DNA of 64,000 nucleotides from Piromyces finnis finn (lineage: Eukaryota > Fungi > Neocallimastigomycota), in assembly GCA_002104945.1 (NCBI GenBank), contig MCFH01000014.1, forward strand, positions 310,001 to 374,000, written 5' to 3'. Every line of letters begins with the position of its first letter. The stretch's first letter is position 1. The notes beneath the pieces are model-generated. The model had not been told where the DNA came from, made no database searches, and saw only the letters and a program-made list of their open reading frames with translations. This document shows positions 27,820 to 39,419 of the stretch, in pieces. The position numbers and the translations under genes were made by a program.

Positions 27820-28212
27820 ATGAAATATAAAGCTTAAAAAAATATAGTATAAACTATCTCCTATCCCATATTCAATAATAAAATTAAATAAGAAACACAT
27901 AAAAAAGGAGAGAAGAAAAAAAAGAAAAAGATATTCAAATACATTATAATAAGTTTAAATTGATAGATTTATTAATAAAGAAAATTAAAATATTTAAAAG
28001 TAACATTGATACCTATCCATATTTTATTAAAATATGTCAAAAAAGAAAAGTTTGAATCATAAAACTTTTCCTTCATCTATAAAAATATATATTAATTCTA
28101 TTTAATAATACATACTATTATATATAAAAAAAACACAAAACACAAAACATTGTAAATATTTTATCATCTATTATATAATAAAAAAAAAATACTAAAATTA
28201 AAATATATAAAG

Positions 28213-28386
28213 TAATGCGTGGTGGTGATATAGGTATGGTGGTATGTATGTGGTATGTGTGTGGTATTAATACAAAGTAATGCGTGGTGGTGGTGATATA
28301 TGTATGGTGGTGTGGTGGTGGTATGTGTGTGGTATTAATACAAAGTAGGTGGTGTGGTGGTATGATGGTATGTGTGGTATTAATAC
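28213..28386. repeat. Three degenerate GT-rich tandem units of about 65 bp
   Basis: Units TAATGCGTGGTGG...GTGTGGTATTAATAC in an otherwise AT-rich background. Confidence 0.85.
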
Positions 28387-29733
28387 TATCAAATTGTCAT
28401 TGATAAATAAAAGGGGTTTTATAATTTTTTTTCCTATTTCTTCTTTTCCTTTTATTTTTTAATACAATAATACTTGTCACTAAAAGGTGAAATCATCCTT
28501 CCCTTTTTTACTACTTGAACTTTTGCTTTTTTTTTTTTTGCTGAGTTACAGTTACACCACCGTTTTTCAAACGGTTAACTAATTTGTAGTTGAAATGATT
28601 TAATAAAAAAATAAATTCTGATTTAACCAATAACCTATCACATTTAATTTAAATTAGCTAATATTTAGCAAATAAGATTTTGAATTTTATATTAAATAAA
28701 AATTTAAATTTGTAATTTTCCTATTAATTAATCCTAACCCTAATGATCATATTTTCTTTTTTTTAAATAATACAAAAAGAATGAGAAATGTATGGTAATA
28801 TGCTGATGATGCATAATGAAAAAAAAAAAAAAAAAGGTATTGTTTATTATTAAATGGAGTTAGCTATGCAGAATAAAATAAATATTTTAAAATAGTTTAA
28901 ATAACATAATCCAACGTTGAATTTTTTATTATAATAAAAATTAATTTCAATCTATTATGAGACAGCATTTATACTATTTAAATTATTAAATTCTTTAAGC
29001 ATATTCGTAAAATAACATTGTTACAATCTAAATTAACACTTTTTATATATTACTATAAAAAAAAAATATATATATTTTTTTAATATCCAAATAATAAGAA
29101 ATAAAAAGAATCTTATAAATCATTGTTATACTTTTAATCGTCACCCCCTCATATATCATATAAATTGCAAAACGGCCACTGATAAATAAAAGGCAATAAT
29201 GAATTTTTATAATGCAGCCATCTTTTTTCTTTAGCAATAAAATAAATCATAGTAGCAATAATTATAATAATAAGCCATTACTAAAGAAAGGACTGAGAAA
29301 TGGCGTTATGATTTCTTGGTTTTTTCATGTAAAAAAATCATGTAAAATAGCCTAACCTTTACTTCATTATATATTATATATTATAATATATATATAATTT
29401 ATTGATCATAGTAAGAGCTGAGTATGAATGATAAGTTTTTTTTTAATTTATTATTTTAATTTTGATTCGCTAAAAATTAAATAAGAATTATTTTATTTTT
29501 ATCCAATGAAAAAAGAAATAACAAATTAAAAATGGATGAATGACATTTAATTTATAAAAAAAAATCAAAAATTAAAAAATTGATTTGATGTAAAAAAAAA
29601 AAAAAAATCTTGGAATTAATATAAAAGTAAAGTAAAAACCTTTTTTTTTTTTTATTTCTTCACATTTTAAAACAATTCAAAAGAAAAAAAAGAAAAGAAA
29701 TTACTTTAATAAATTATAGCAAGATATACCAAG

Positions 29734-29865
29734 ATGTTCCTTATTGATGTTCTTCTTAAAAATTTCATTATCATTAGCATTATTTTCAGTTTTGTTGAAA
29801 TGATTAGCTGCGTTATCTCTCCTTTAAGAACTAAGAACTTTATTGCTGAATCTAAGAGCCAATAA
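29734..29865 (+). CDS. 43-aa small hydrophobic-leader peptide, paralog B (MFLIDVLLKNFIIISIIFSFVEMISCVISPLRTKNFIAESKSQ)
   Basis: Paralog of 27688-27819. Uses TTC/ATC/AAG/AAC codons typical of expressed genes in this window. Its 3' end is followed by a 48-bp tandem duplication. Confidence 0.75.
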   Translation: MFLIDVLLKNFIIISIIFSFVEMISCVISPLRTKNFIAESKSQ

Positions 29866-31621
29866 AGAAAATACTTATACTAGAACTTTATTGCTGAATC
29901 TAAGAGCTAATAAAGAAAATGCTTATACTAGAACTTCTTTGTATTGAAACCGTTAGAAAAAAAAAATTCAATTGAATTGAATTTAAATATCTTCTAAAGA
30001 TAAAAAAAGAAAATGAAAAATATATAATATACATGGAATTATAATTCCTAAACTATAGAATTGATAGATTCAATTTTATTCAGTAAAAAAAAAAAAAACT
30101 AACTTAAGATAAAATTATTCAGTACTTTATTATAAATTAATTAATCATAAATATATACCACACATACAAAAGAATAATATTTTTTTTAAAAAAAAATATG
30201 TATATAATGTTCTTTTGTATTAATTTTTATTTTTATTATTAATATCATAGTATTATAAAATAATTTATAATGTTATGTTATAATTTAAAAATTATGTACA
30301 AAATATATTAATGTAAAGAAAAAAGAAAAAAAGAATATTTAATTTATTACAGAATTTTTTATATATCATAACTTAAAACTATTCATATTTAATTTATTTA
30401 ATAAAGAATACCTATAGAATATTAAAAAATATATAAACGTGTATTTGTGCATTACTTCTAATAATTTTTAAAGTGTTTACTTTATTTATTGATGGGGTTG
30501 GTATGTAAGTTGTACATTGATGGTAAATTAATTTTAGGAAAACTGCCCTTTTACCTTTTTTTTTTTTTAAATAAAAATATTTAACTAATAACTAGTTAAA
30601 CTGATTAATATATCAATAGTTAATAAGCGTCAAGTAAATTAATATTTTAATTTTTTTTTTTTTAAAAAAAAATATAAAACTAGAGTAGGTTGGTAATATC
30701 AAAGTGTATAGAATAATGTCTTTTATATCTATCAAGATGTATGTATTTTTTTTTATTTTTTAAAAAAAAAGTAATGGCATTATTATTATTTTATAATATA
30801 ATAATAAATTCGATTCATTTTTATCAAGGAATTTTCTTTTTATTTTTCATTTTCTAAATCCCGGTTTTTAAATGCTAGTTGGAAAGATACAATTTAAATA
30901 AAAAAAAAAAATTTTTTTTTCATTATTAGCTTGTTATATATAACACAAAATGTCTAAATTGTAGTTCAAGTCATCGTTTAATCATGGAATAAGAGATTAT
31001 ATATATTATTTTTTAATTAGTTTTTATTTATTTATTTAATATGATGATGATTTTCATGACTTTTTTTGGTTTTAAAATGACCACAAAAGCAATTTTCTAA
31101 AATTTCTTTTATTCTTTTAATTTAACATACATTTATATATCCCATATTTCTAAAAGACGTATGGATTGTTTTATTATAGTTTTTTTTTCTTTAATGTTGA
31201 ATGCCTACTAAAAAATAAATAATATAATATATTAATATTACTTTTTTTTTTTTTCTTCATGAAAAATATCATAGTATTATCTTTACTAGTTTCCATATAT
31301 ATATGCTTATTTATTGCTTAGTAGTACCATCCATCCAAAAATTTCTTATAAGCATTGTTGTAATATACTTTTGAGAATCTTTTATTCTACATAAAATTTT
31401 AATTATACCCAAAAAATACATTACAATACGTAATGTGTTACATTACCACTAATTTTAAAATTATATTTCTTTGGTTGTAAAAATCAAATAAAAATTATAA
31501 ATTTTCTTTTTTTTTTTTTTAAAAAAAATATTTAAAGTTTTTTAAAAAAAAGAAAAGTTTTTATTTAAATAATAATAATAATAATAAAATTGATAAAAAA
31601 AAATAAAAATAAATAATTAAA

Positions 31622-32026
31622 ATGGTTACAATATTGTTAATTTCTTGTCTTTCAGTACTCTTTTTATTATTTATCATCTGCATAAAATTTGTTTATCTTC
31701 CTATAAGGAGTAAAAGAGAAAAACGAAGAGTCACACAAGATAGAAATGCCTTTTTTCAAAATGGAGAATCACCATTTGTTCAAGTAGATGTTCAAAGAAT
31801 TCAAGAAAATCAAGAAAATCAAAATATAGTTGAAGTAAATTACCAAGAAGAAGGAGAAGAAAATATTGAAATTTCAGTTAATTCCACATTAAATTCACCT
31901 TCCACTTCATATTATCAAAAAGTAAAACCTACTGTGGATATAGCCACACTCTATTCAAAATCTATTGTACCTATTATTTCAAATTCTAATTCAATATTTA
32001 AGCAAACAAATGTTATTATAAATTAA
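31622..32026 (+). CDS. Hypothetical 134-aa single-pass membrane protein
   Basis: A-rich start context, N-terminal hydrophobic segment followed by a basic cluster (RSKREKRR) and a Q/E/S-rich tail. No recognisable family. Confidence 0.55.
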   Translation: MVTILLISCLSVLFLLFIICIKFVYLPIRSKREKRRVTQDRNAFFQNGESPFVQVDVQRIQENQENQNIVEVNYQEEGEENIEISVNSTLNSPSTSYYQKVKPTVDIATLYSKSIVPIISNSNSIFKQTNVIIN

Positions 32027-33698
32027 AAAAAAATGATAAAAAAGAATATTAATATATAGTAAAAAGAAAAAAAAAAAAAAGTAATACTTGATGAATTAAC
32101 AAATAATACAATTAAAAATAATAGTAAAAAAAAAAAAAAGAAAAGGAAACACATTAATTTATACTACCTTTTTCTATAACAAAATACTAATAATCTTTTA
32201 TTTTCTATCTTTAATACTTTCACTATCAGTAATACCATTACTATTTAAAGTAATTTTTGGATACATTAATATAATAATACAACAAATTTAAATAAAATTG
32301 AAATGGTTTTAATTCCTTTTTTTTTTTACTTAAAATTTTGAAATTATAATAATGAAAAAAAAAAAATCATTTCAACTATTTTTAATTTATACCAATTAAT
32401 AATTGTATTATTATTTAAAAAAGCACAAAATAAAGCAATAATATTCTATGTAAAATAAATCAAGAAAAAAAAAGCTAATTTTAATTTAAAAGAATAAAAA
32501 AAAATACAACACTTTTTTTTTAAAATTACTTTATAAAAAATAGTTTCAATTCATTTATTTTAAAAGTTTTTTTAATGTAAATATAAGATACTGTAATAAT
32601 AATAATAAATAAAAAATTAAAAACTTTTAAATAAATAAAATATACACATTTATTTAATAGATATATATATATATACTTTTTTTTTTTGTAATGGACCATT
32701 TACTATTTCATTTTCATTCTCATTTCTTTTTTTTTTTTTGACTGTAAAATTTAAAAAAAAAGCGGGGTAGTAAATTAATATAATTAATATATTTTATATT
32801 AATTTCATCTTGTTTCAAAACTCTAAATGATATGATTTTTTAATCTGGAAAAATTAAAATATTTTATTTATCCTTTTTTTTTATATTTATATTTATTAAT
32901 AATTATTATTATTTATATTTAAAATTTGAAATGTGACGATTTTTTAATAATTAAAAAAATGGGACTAAAAGTCAGGTCAGGTCAGGTCAGGTCAATGGTG
33001 ATGATGAAGTTAATTACATTGAAATAAGTAATAAAAGTAACAATGCTACTGATGATGATGATAGTAATGTGATATGAAAAAAAACTATTCTTTATTACTT
33101 CATTGGAATGATAAAGTATTATAAAAAAAAATACATTTAAAACCATAAGATACTATGTTATTAAAAAAAAGAATTTACTATTGAATATAATAATTATAAT
33201 CATAATAAAAGAATCTTTTTATAAATTATAGATTCTTTCTTTCCTTTCAAGATAAGAGAATTGTAAATGTAGAAGAGAAAGAAATAAACTATTTATTTTT
33301 ATAAAATTTTAGATTCTTTTATTATTATTATTAAAAAAAGGTGTAAAGGCGAGTTGAAAGGATGATAAAAAAACTAATGATGATAACCTAACCCATTACA
33401 AATTTTTATTACTAAAAAAGATTGCTTCACCAAAATTTTTATTCTCACATAAATAATTGCAATGTTTCACAAGGTAAAAAAATTAGAAGGTATAAAGATA
33501 TACTAAATGAAGAAGGGTTTAAAATATCTTTTTTTTTTTTTTTTTACTTTATAATTTCTATTCAAAATAACTTTTTTAATCCATTACTTTTGTTATTAGG
33601 GGATTAGGCTTAATTTGTGGGATATAAATAATAGTAATGAGAATAGAAAAGAATTAGTAATATTCAAAGGGATATTTAAAAAAAAGATGTCCAAATTA

Positions 33699-33830
33699 TA
33701 TGTATAACAACTATAGTTAGGCATTTTAAAATAATAATAAAAAGTGTATGTATAATAGCTATAGTTAGGCATTTTAAAATAATAATAAAAAGTGTATGTA
33801 TAATAGCTATAGTTCGGCATTTTAAGATAA
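33699..33830. repeat. 48-bp minisatellite, about 3 copies
   Basis: Repeated ATGTATAATAGCTATAGTTAGGCATTTTAAAATAATAATAAAAAGTGT. Confidence 0.9.
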
Positions 33831-35127
33831 TGCATAATCAAGTTTTATATTAACTATTAATTAAATAGTATGATATGGAATGGTAGGTTAATCTATTTTC
33901 AATATAGCATAATGAATCAGATTCTCTTTTCCATATTAAAAATAAATATTAATACCAATATGGATGATTATTTATTATTATAATTATTTAAAAAAAATGT
34001 TTACTTCTTTTGTAGTGATGCCATGTTAACATTGCATATAAACTTTTTTTTTTAATTAAATGTTTACAAAAGTTTTTTTCTTTTTTTTTTTTTGGTAACT
34101 TTTAGGAAGATTAAAGTTACACAAAATGAAATTAAAATGGGAAAGGAGGAAAGTTTAAAAAAAAAAAAAAATTACATTATATGAATAGAAATAAAAGAAT
34201 GAAAGAATTTCGATAGAAAAAATGCATCTTACATGAAAGAAGAAGGAAAAAAAAAGAATGAAAATAATTTATATAGTTGTTTATAAATCATTAAACTTTA
34301 TTAGTAATGATAACTTTTAATTTTTGTAATAATAAACAACTCTTTTTTGTTTATGATATCACCATAATTCCATTCAACTGTTGTTGAAGGAATGTACTAT
34401 AGAATAAGACTTTATAATTTATTCAATAGTAAAAGAAAAAAAAAAAAAGAGCTAATGTAATAGAGTTTCCAATATATATATTTTCTTAATGCGTATATAT
34501 AAATACCTTTTTTATTTTAAATAGTGTTATGGTGTTGGTGTTAAAAAAAATTTGGGTATAAATTAATTTTTATATGAATATATTAAAAAAAAAAATGCTT
34601 TATTTTTTAAAAATTTAAAAGTAAATTTAATTATTCTCTAGTTTTTAAATTGACATGAATAATCCATTTAAAAAGTAAATCATATATATATTTACACAGT
34701 ATATTTATATGTAATGAACTATGGTGAAAATGTATAAATATATATATATATTAATTTTATTATATCTCAATAAAATATAAAATAAACGAATTGTTAAAAT
34801 ATATATAACAACCCATTGATATTTAAATATTACAAAACTTTTAAATAAAAGCATTCTATTCTACAAAATTCATTGCATTTCTTAAAAAAAAAAAAAAACA
34901 TATAAAAAAAAAAAAAAAAAAATTAAATTAAATATTACCTTTGACAAATAAACTGACCATTTTTTTTTTAAAAAAAGTTGAGATTTCAATTAATCATTAA
35001 AGAATTTCAAATTTCAATTTTGTAATAATTCAAAATATAGTATATACCTCCTACATATATTGCTAGGTATTAATTCTATGTCTTTTTTTTTTTTTTTTTT
35101 TTTAAAAAAAATTTAAAAAAAAATAGT

Positions 35128-35230
35128 TATAATATTAATAATAATAATAATACTAATACTAATAATAGTAATAAACATAATAATAATATTAATAATAATA
35201 ATAATACTAATACTAATAATAGTAATAAAC

Positions 35231-35305
<75 letters not shown>
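35128..35305. repeat. (AAT)n microsatellite
   Basis: Direct inspection. Explains the poly-I and poly-L ORFs. Confidence 0.95.
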
Positions 35306-35306
<1 letters not shown>

Positions 35307-35601
35307 TAAAAACAATAAATTTCAATTGTTAAAATAATATCAATATATCAATATTAATAATAGGGTATAATTTAATAATAGGATATAATTTAATAATAGT
35401 TTAAATTTTTATAATATTAAATATTATTATTTTTTTTTTAAATGTGAAAATACAAATTAACATTTCATTCTTGATAAACATCAATTTTTCTTTAATAATT
35501 ATAACAAAAACATATCAGAGATTTTTTTTTTTTTTTTTTTTTAAAATACTTTATTATAAAATAATAAAAAAGTAAAATTTTAAATTAAAAAAAAAAAAAA
35601 A

Positions 35602-36808
35602 ATGAAAATTTTAATTTCACCCATGTCAGCTATTGCTGAAACGGCTGGTCCTTTTTCCAGATGTAAAAAAATGGCAGAAGCTTTTACCAATGCTGGTATA
35701 GAAGTTGCTACGTGTATTGCAAAAGATGTCAACTATAGAGAAATTCAAGGAATTCCAAATTACTATTTGGATATTCCTATGCCTTTTGGTATGCCAAAAT
35801 TTATTGCCTCCAGAACTTTTCCAATGGCACAAAAATTAGGTATAACTTCTAGAAAAACGGTGAATAGTTTTGATCAAGTATTTTTATTTACCGGAAATTT
35901 AGATTATGATTATTTAAAAAAGAGTGCAAATAGTATTCGTAAAGCAATTAATCAATTTAATCCAGATATTGTTTATTCTGAATTTAATATTTCTGCTATG
36001 ATTGCTGCCAAGGTAGAGGGAAAAAAAACTTTTTACTACCATTAGTTATCCAACACAACATAGTTATGCGCATCAATCTAAATTAGCTAGAGGATTAAAT
36101 CGCTTGTTAAGAGAACTAGGCTTAGCACCAGTCGAATCTGCTTTACAATTATTCGATCGAGCGGATCATTGTTTTTGTCCTAGTATAAAAGAACTGGAAC
36201 CCATAGAAAAGGAAGGCGTTACCTTTTGTGGCACTTTAAATAGGATATCAATGGAAGAAACCAACGTCAACCCTATAAATCATGGTAGGGAAGATCAAGA
36301 AAATTCACCTAAAAAAGATAAGATTATAGTATATATGGGAAATGGTACTATTTCTGCTTCAAAAATGAAAAAAGAAATTACAAAAGCTTTTTGTGAATCC
36401 GAGTATAAAGTGTATATTGCCTCTCACTACTTACCGGAACAAACAGAACATAATATTCATATAGCTAAACGTTGGGATTTCAATAAACTATTGAAAGAAT
36501 CGGTTCTTTACATAAATCATGGAGGTCAAAATAGTATTATGGATGGCTTATTGCATGGTGTACCACAATTAATTGTTCCTGGAAAAGTATTTGAACGTCG
36601 TTATAATGCTGAATCCTTAGTTAAGAATCAAGCAGGGGCTACTATTTCTCATTTGGATTTTAAAGCCGCCACCATCTATGCTAAAGCAAACTATCTCATA
36701 CAATCCAAAGAAGTTCATGAAAATGTCGGAAAACTTTGTGAAAAACTTTGTTTACAAGGAGGCATTGAAAATATTATTCATTATATAAATTTAAATACTA
36801 CTAATTAA
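35602..36808 (+). CDS. Intronless GT-B fold glycosyltransferase (GT1/MGT-like, bacterial type), interrupted by a +1 A in an A8 run at 36021-36028
   Basis: Removing one A joins the 147-aa and 234-aa ORFs (GKKLFTTISYPTQHSYAH...). C-terminal UDP-sugar motif INHGGQNSIMDGLLHGVPQLIVP...ERRYNA and VYMGNG. Confidence 0.8.
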
Positions 36809-36825
36809 TACTACTCATAGCATAA

Positions 36826-37560
36826 CAATACGTTGTTTCAAAGGATAACTAATACAAGTAATCTCTCGTTCCAGTTTTTATCCTGGTTGTTAAGGCGTTT
36901 CCTTAGCATACATAAGGCTTCTGGTTCGACCCCGCAGATGTCAGTGCCTGTGGATTTTCCCACTGGGTTTGCCATGGGTTGGGTTATGATATTCAGGTAA
37001 GTATAAATGAACTTTCTAATTTACTACTATGATAATAACACTCGTCTAGCCGGCCTGAGAGGGTCTAGTGTACATGGTACATTCCAAATTAGAACTTAAT
37101 AAGTGGTGACTTAGGCTATGCCAAAAACACATAATATTCCTTAATCAATTTAAGTGTAAACATTAGGGGGCGGTTGACACGTGATCAAATTGACTATAAG
37201 AGGCTTAGCATTGTAGTTGTGAAATATCGTACAACGACATGCATCTAATGTACATGGATTAAGTGAGCGTCGAAGCTGAAGAAACAGTATGACAGACCAG
37301 GAGGGTCACAACCACCTAGCAATAGGAATGAGCCAACGTTTCTCTAAGAACCACCATTGGAGCTAACTCTGATCGATGGGAGAAATGCACTCGGAAGTTA
37401 AAAAAAAAAAAAAAATACAAGTAATCTACTAGTAGTAACATCTATATATGCAATACGTTGTTTCAAAGGATAACTAAGTAATCTACTAGTAGCAACATCT
37501 ATATATGCAATACGTTGTTTCAAAAGATAACTAATACAAGTAATCTACTAGTAGCAACAT
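36826..37560. repeat. About 60-bp tandem repeat downstream of the glycosyltransferase, interrupted by the SINE
   Basis: CAATACGTTGTTTCAAAGGATAACTAA...CAAGTAATCTACTAGTAG recurs on both sides of the insertion. Confidence 0.85.
36865..37413 (+). mobile_element. SINE-like retroposon with tRNA-like head and LINE-related 3' segment
   Basis: 14-bp TSD AATACAAGTAATCT at 36851-36864 and 37414-37427. Poly(A) tail. Pol III B-box GGTTCGACCCC at 36923-36933. 40/44-nt match (37265-37308) to the LINE sense strand (2808-2851). Confidence 0.85.
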
Positions 37561-38289
37561 ATACTTAAAAAATTTTAATTATAAATCAATATTTCAAATA
37601 ACACAACAATACTTTAAATACCAACTAATACTACAAATACTGTGATGATATAAATCTTAATGATTAATTATTAATACTAACAATAATTATAGTAAAAACA
37701 CTCAGTGGTGTAATACTATAAATTAGATATATTGTTTATTGCAATTTAATAAAGTGTAAAACAACTAAAAGGAACTTGGTTCCAACTAGTATAATCAATA
37801 CTATTTTATATCAAATAATTTGAAAAACACAATATACCTATATAAATATAATAAATAAGTAAATATATATATATATATATATATAAATATAATAAATACT
37901 ATTAACAATGCAATAACTAACCATGATTTGCAATAATAAGAACTAGTTAATAATTCATGAACTATTCAAAGATTTTATTACCTCTTTAAAATAATAATTT
38001 CTATTACAATAAAAAGTGAACATTTTTTTTATTATTATTCATCTTTATTATACATAATAATAATAAGTTGTGGATTCAATTTATTACTTCAATTTATTAT
38101 TATTAACGTACAAATTGTTCACGACAGATTGTTGTGGTTGTATTCTTCCTTCTTTTTCTTATTTTTAGTCACTCAAAAAAGAATAAAACTGTAGAGATGC
38201 CTTTCCAAATTTGTATGGTTTTACCAACCAATCAAGGCAAGCATTTTTTAAGAGATAAATTATATTATTTTTTAATAATCCTGTAATTA

Positions 38290-38452
38290 TTCACTTATTC
38301 ATTTATTTATTTAGTTATTTAGTTATTCACTTATTCATTTAGTTATTCATTTATTCATTCAGTTATTCACTTATTCATTCAGTTATTCACTTATTCATTC
38401 AGTTATTTATTCATTTAGTTATTTATTCATTTAGTTATTCATTTATTCATTA
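38290..38452. repeat. Degenerate TTATTCA(C/T)/AGTTATTC minisatellite
   Basis: Direct inspection. Confidence 0.85.
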
Positions 38453-39419
38453 TAAAATGTAATTTATTAATTCCTCTAGATATAAATATTTCAATAACTA
38501 TTTTAATTAAAATGTTACTTTTTAACTTTCTCATTAAACTGTTAGAATATGTGAAACGTTATGTCACATGTATTCAAATGTATTGAAATGTATTAAAACG
38601 TATTTGTATATATTGTATTTGATTATATGTTTAAGCCACAATGTAAATGTATAAATACATGTAGTTTTAGAAGAATGTAACGCAAGTAGTTCTTTATCAT
38701 AAAATATATTAATAAAGTTGACATAATTATAAACCTAAATTAAACAACTCTTAATAGATTAAGAGTCTCAATGACTCTCATGAGAGAATATCAATGACTC
38801 TCATTGACTCTCAGATGATTCTCTGAAAGATGAATCAAACCGCCGGACACAGTATGTCATAGGAGAAAACTATTGGAAACCCTAATCCCTACAATATAAG
38901 TTTTAATTGAAAATTATGAAATTTAGAGATCTAAAACTTTGAAATCTTGAAATCTCAAAAACTAAGTCACAAAATTGCCTAATTAACAATACTGACTATA
39001 TAGCGAAAGAAAACTCCGTCCAAGAAACATGGAACATTGATAATATTATACTTTAGACATAAATTAATTTATACTAAATAAAATAATTTAGATTTAGATC
39101 TTAAATTTAAGAATAAACAAACATTTAAATTTAAAAATTAAAATTTATAATTTAAATTTAAGAACAATTGAAATTCAGAAATTTAAGTTGAAATTTAAAA
39201 TTTAAAATAAATAAATTTATCCATTTTTAAAAGTAATTTAAATTTTAAACTAAACAATATGTTTATATTAGAAATAATAGAATTTCATTCTCAACTTACT
39301 TTATTCACCACAAATAGTATAAATTAGCTAATAAAATCCAAAATTTTATTTTATATAATTATTTACAATTGAGTTATTAAATTTCATCAAATATATTAAT
39401 ATTATAAATACTCCAAAGA

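Noticed and set aside
29043-29340. 64-aa hydrophobic ORF between the peptide genes
   Set aside because: No ATG start in good context, upstream in-frame stops, and no recognisable family.
27757-29820. CAAX lipopeptide pheromone precursors (CVIS motif)
   Set aside because: CVIS is followed by 14 more residues in both ORFs, so it is not a C-terminal prenylation signal.
33422-33841. ORFs at 33422 and 33596
   Set aside because: Low-complexity or derived from the 48-bp minisatellite, with no coding bias.
35602-36808. Bacterial contamination of the contig
   Set aside because: The gene is embedded in fungal poly(A/T) flanks continuous with intron-containing genes.
36865-36945. Functional tRNA gene
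   Set aside because: A B-box and a 5-bp/7-nt anticodon-like arm are present, but acceptor and T stems are eroded and the sequence sits inside a TSD-flanked poly(A) insertion. Treated as a SINE head.
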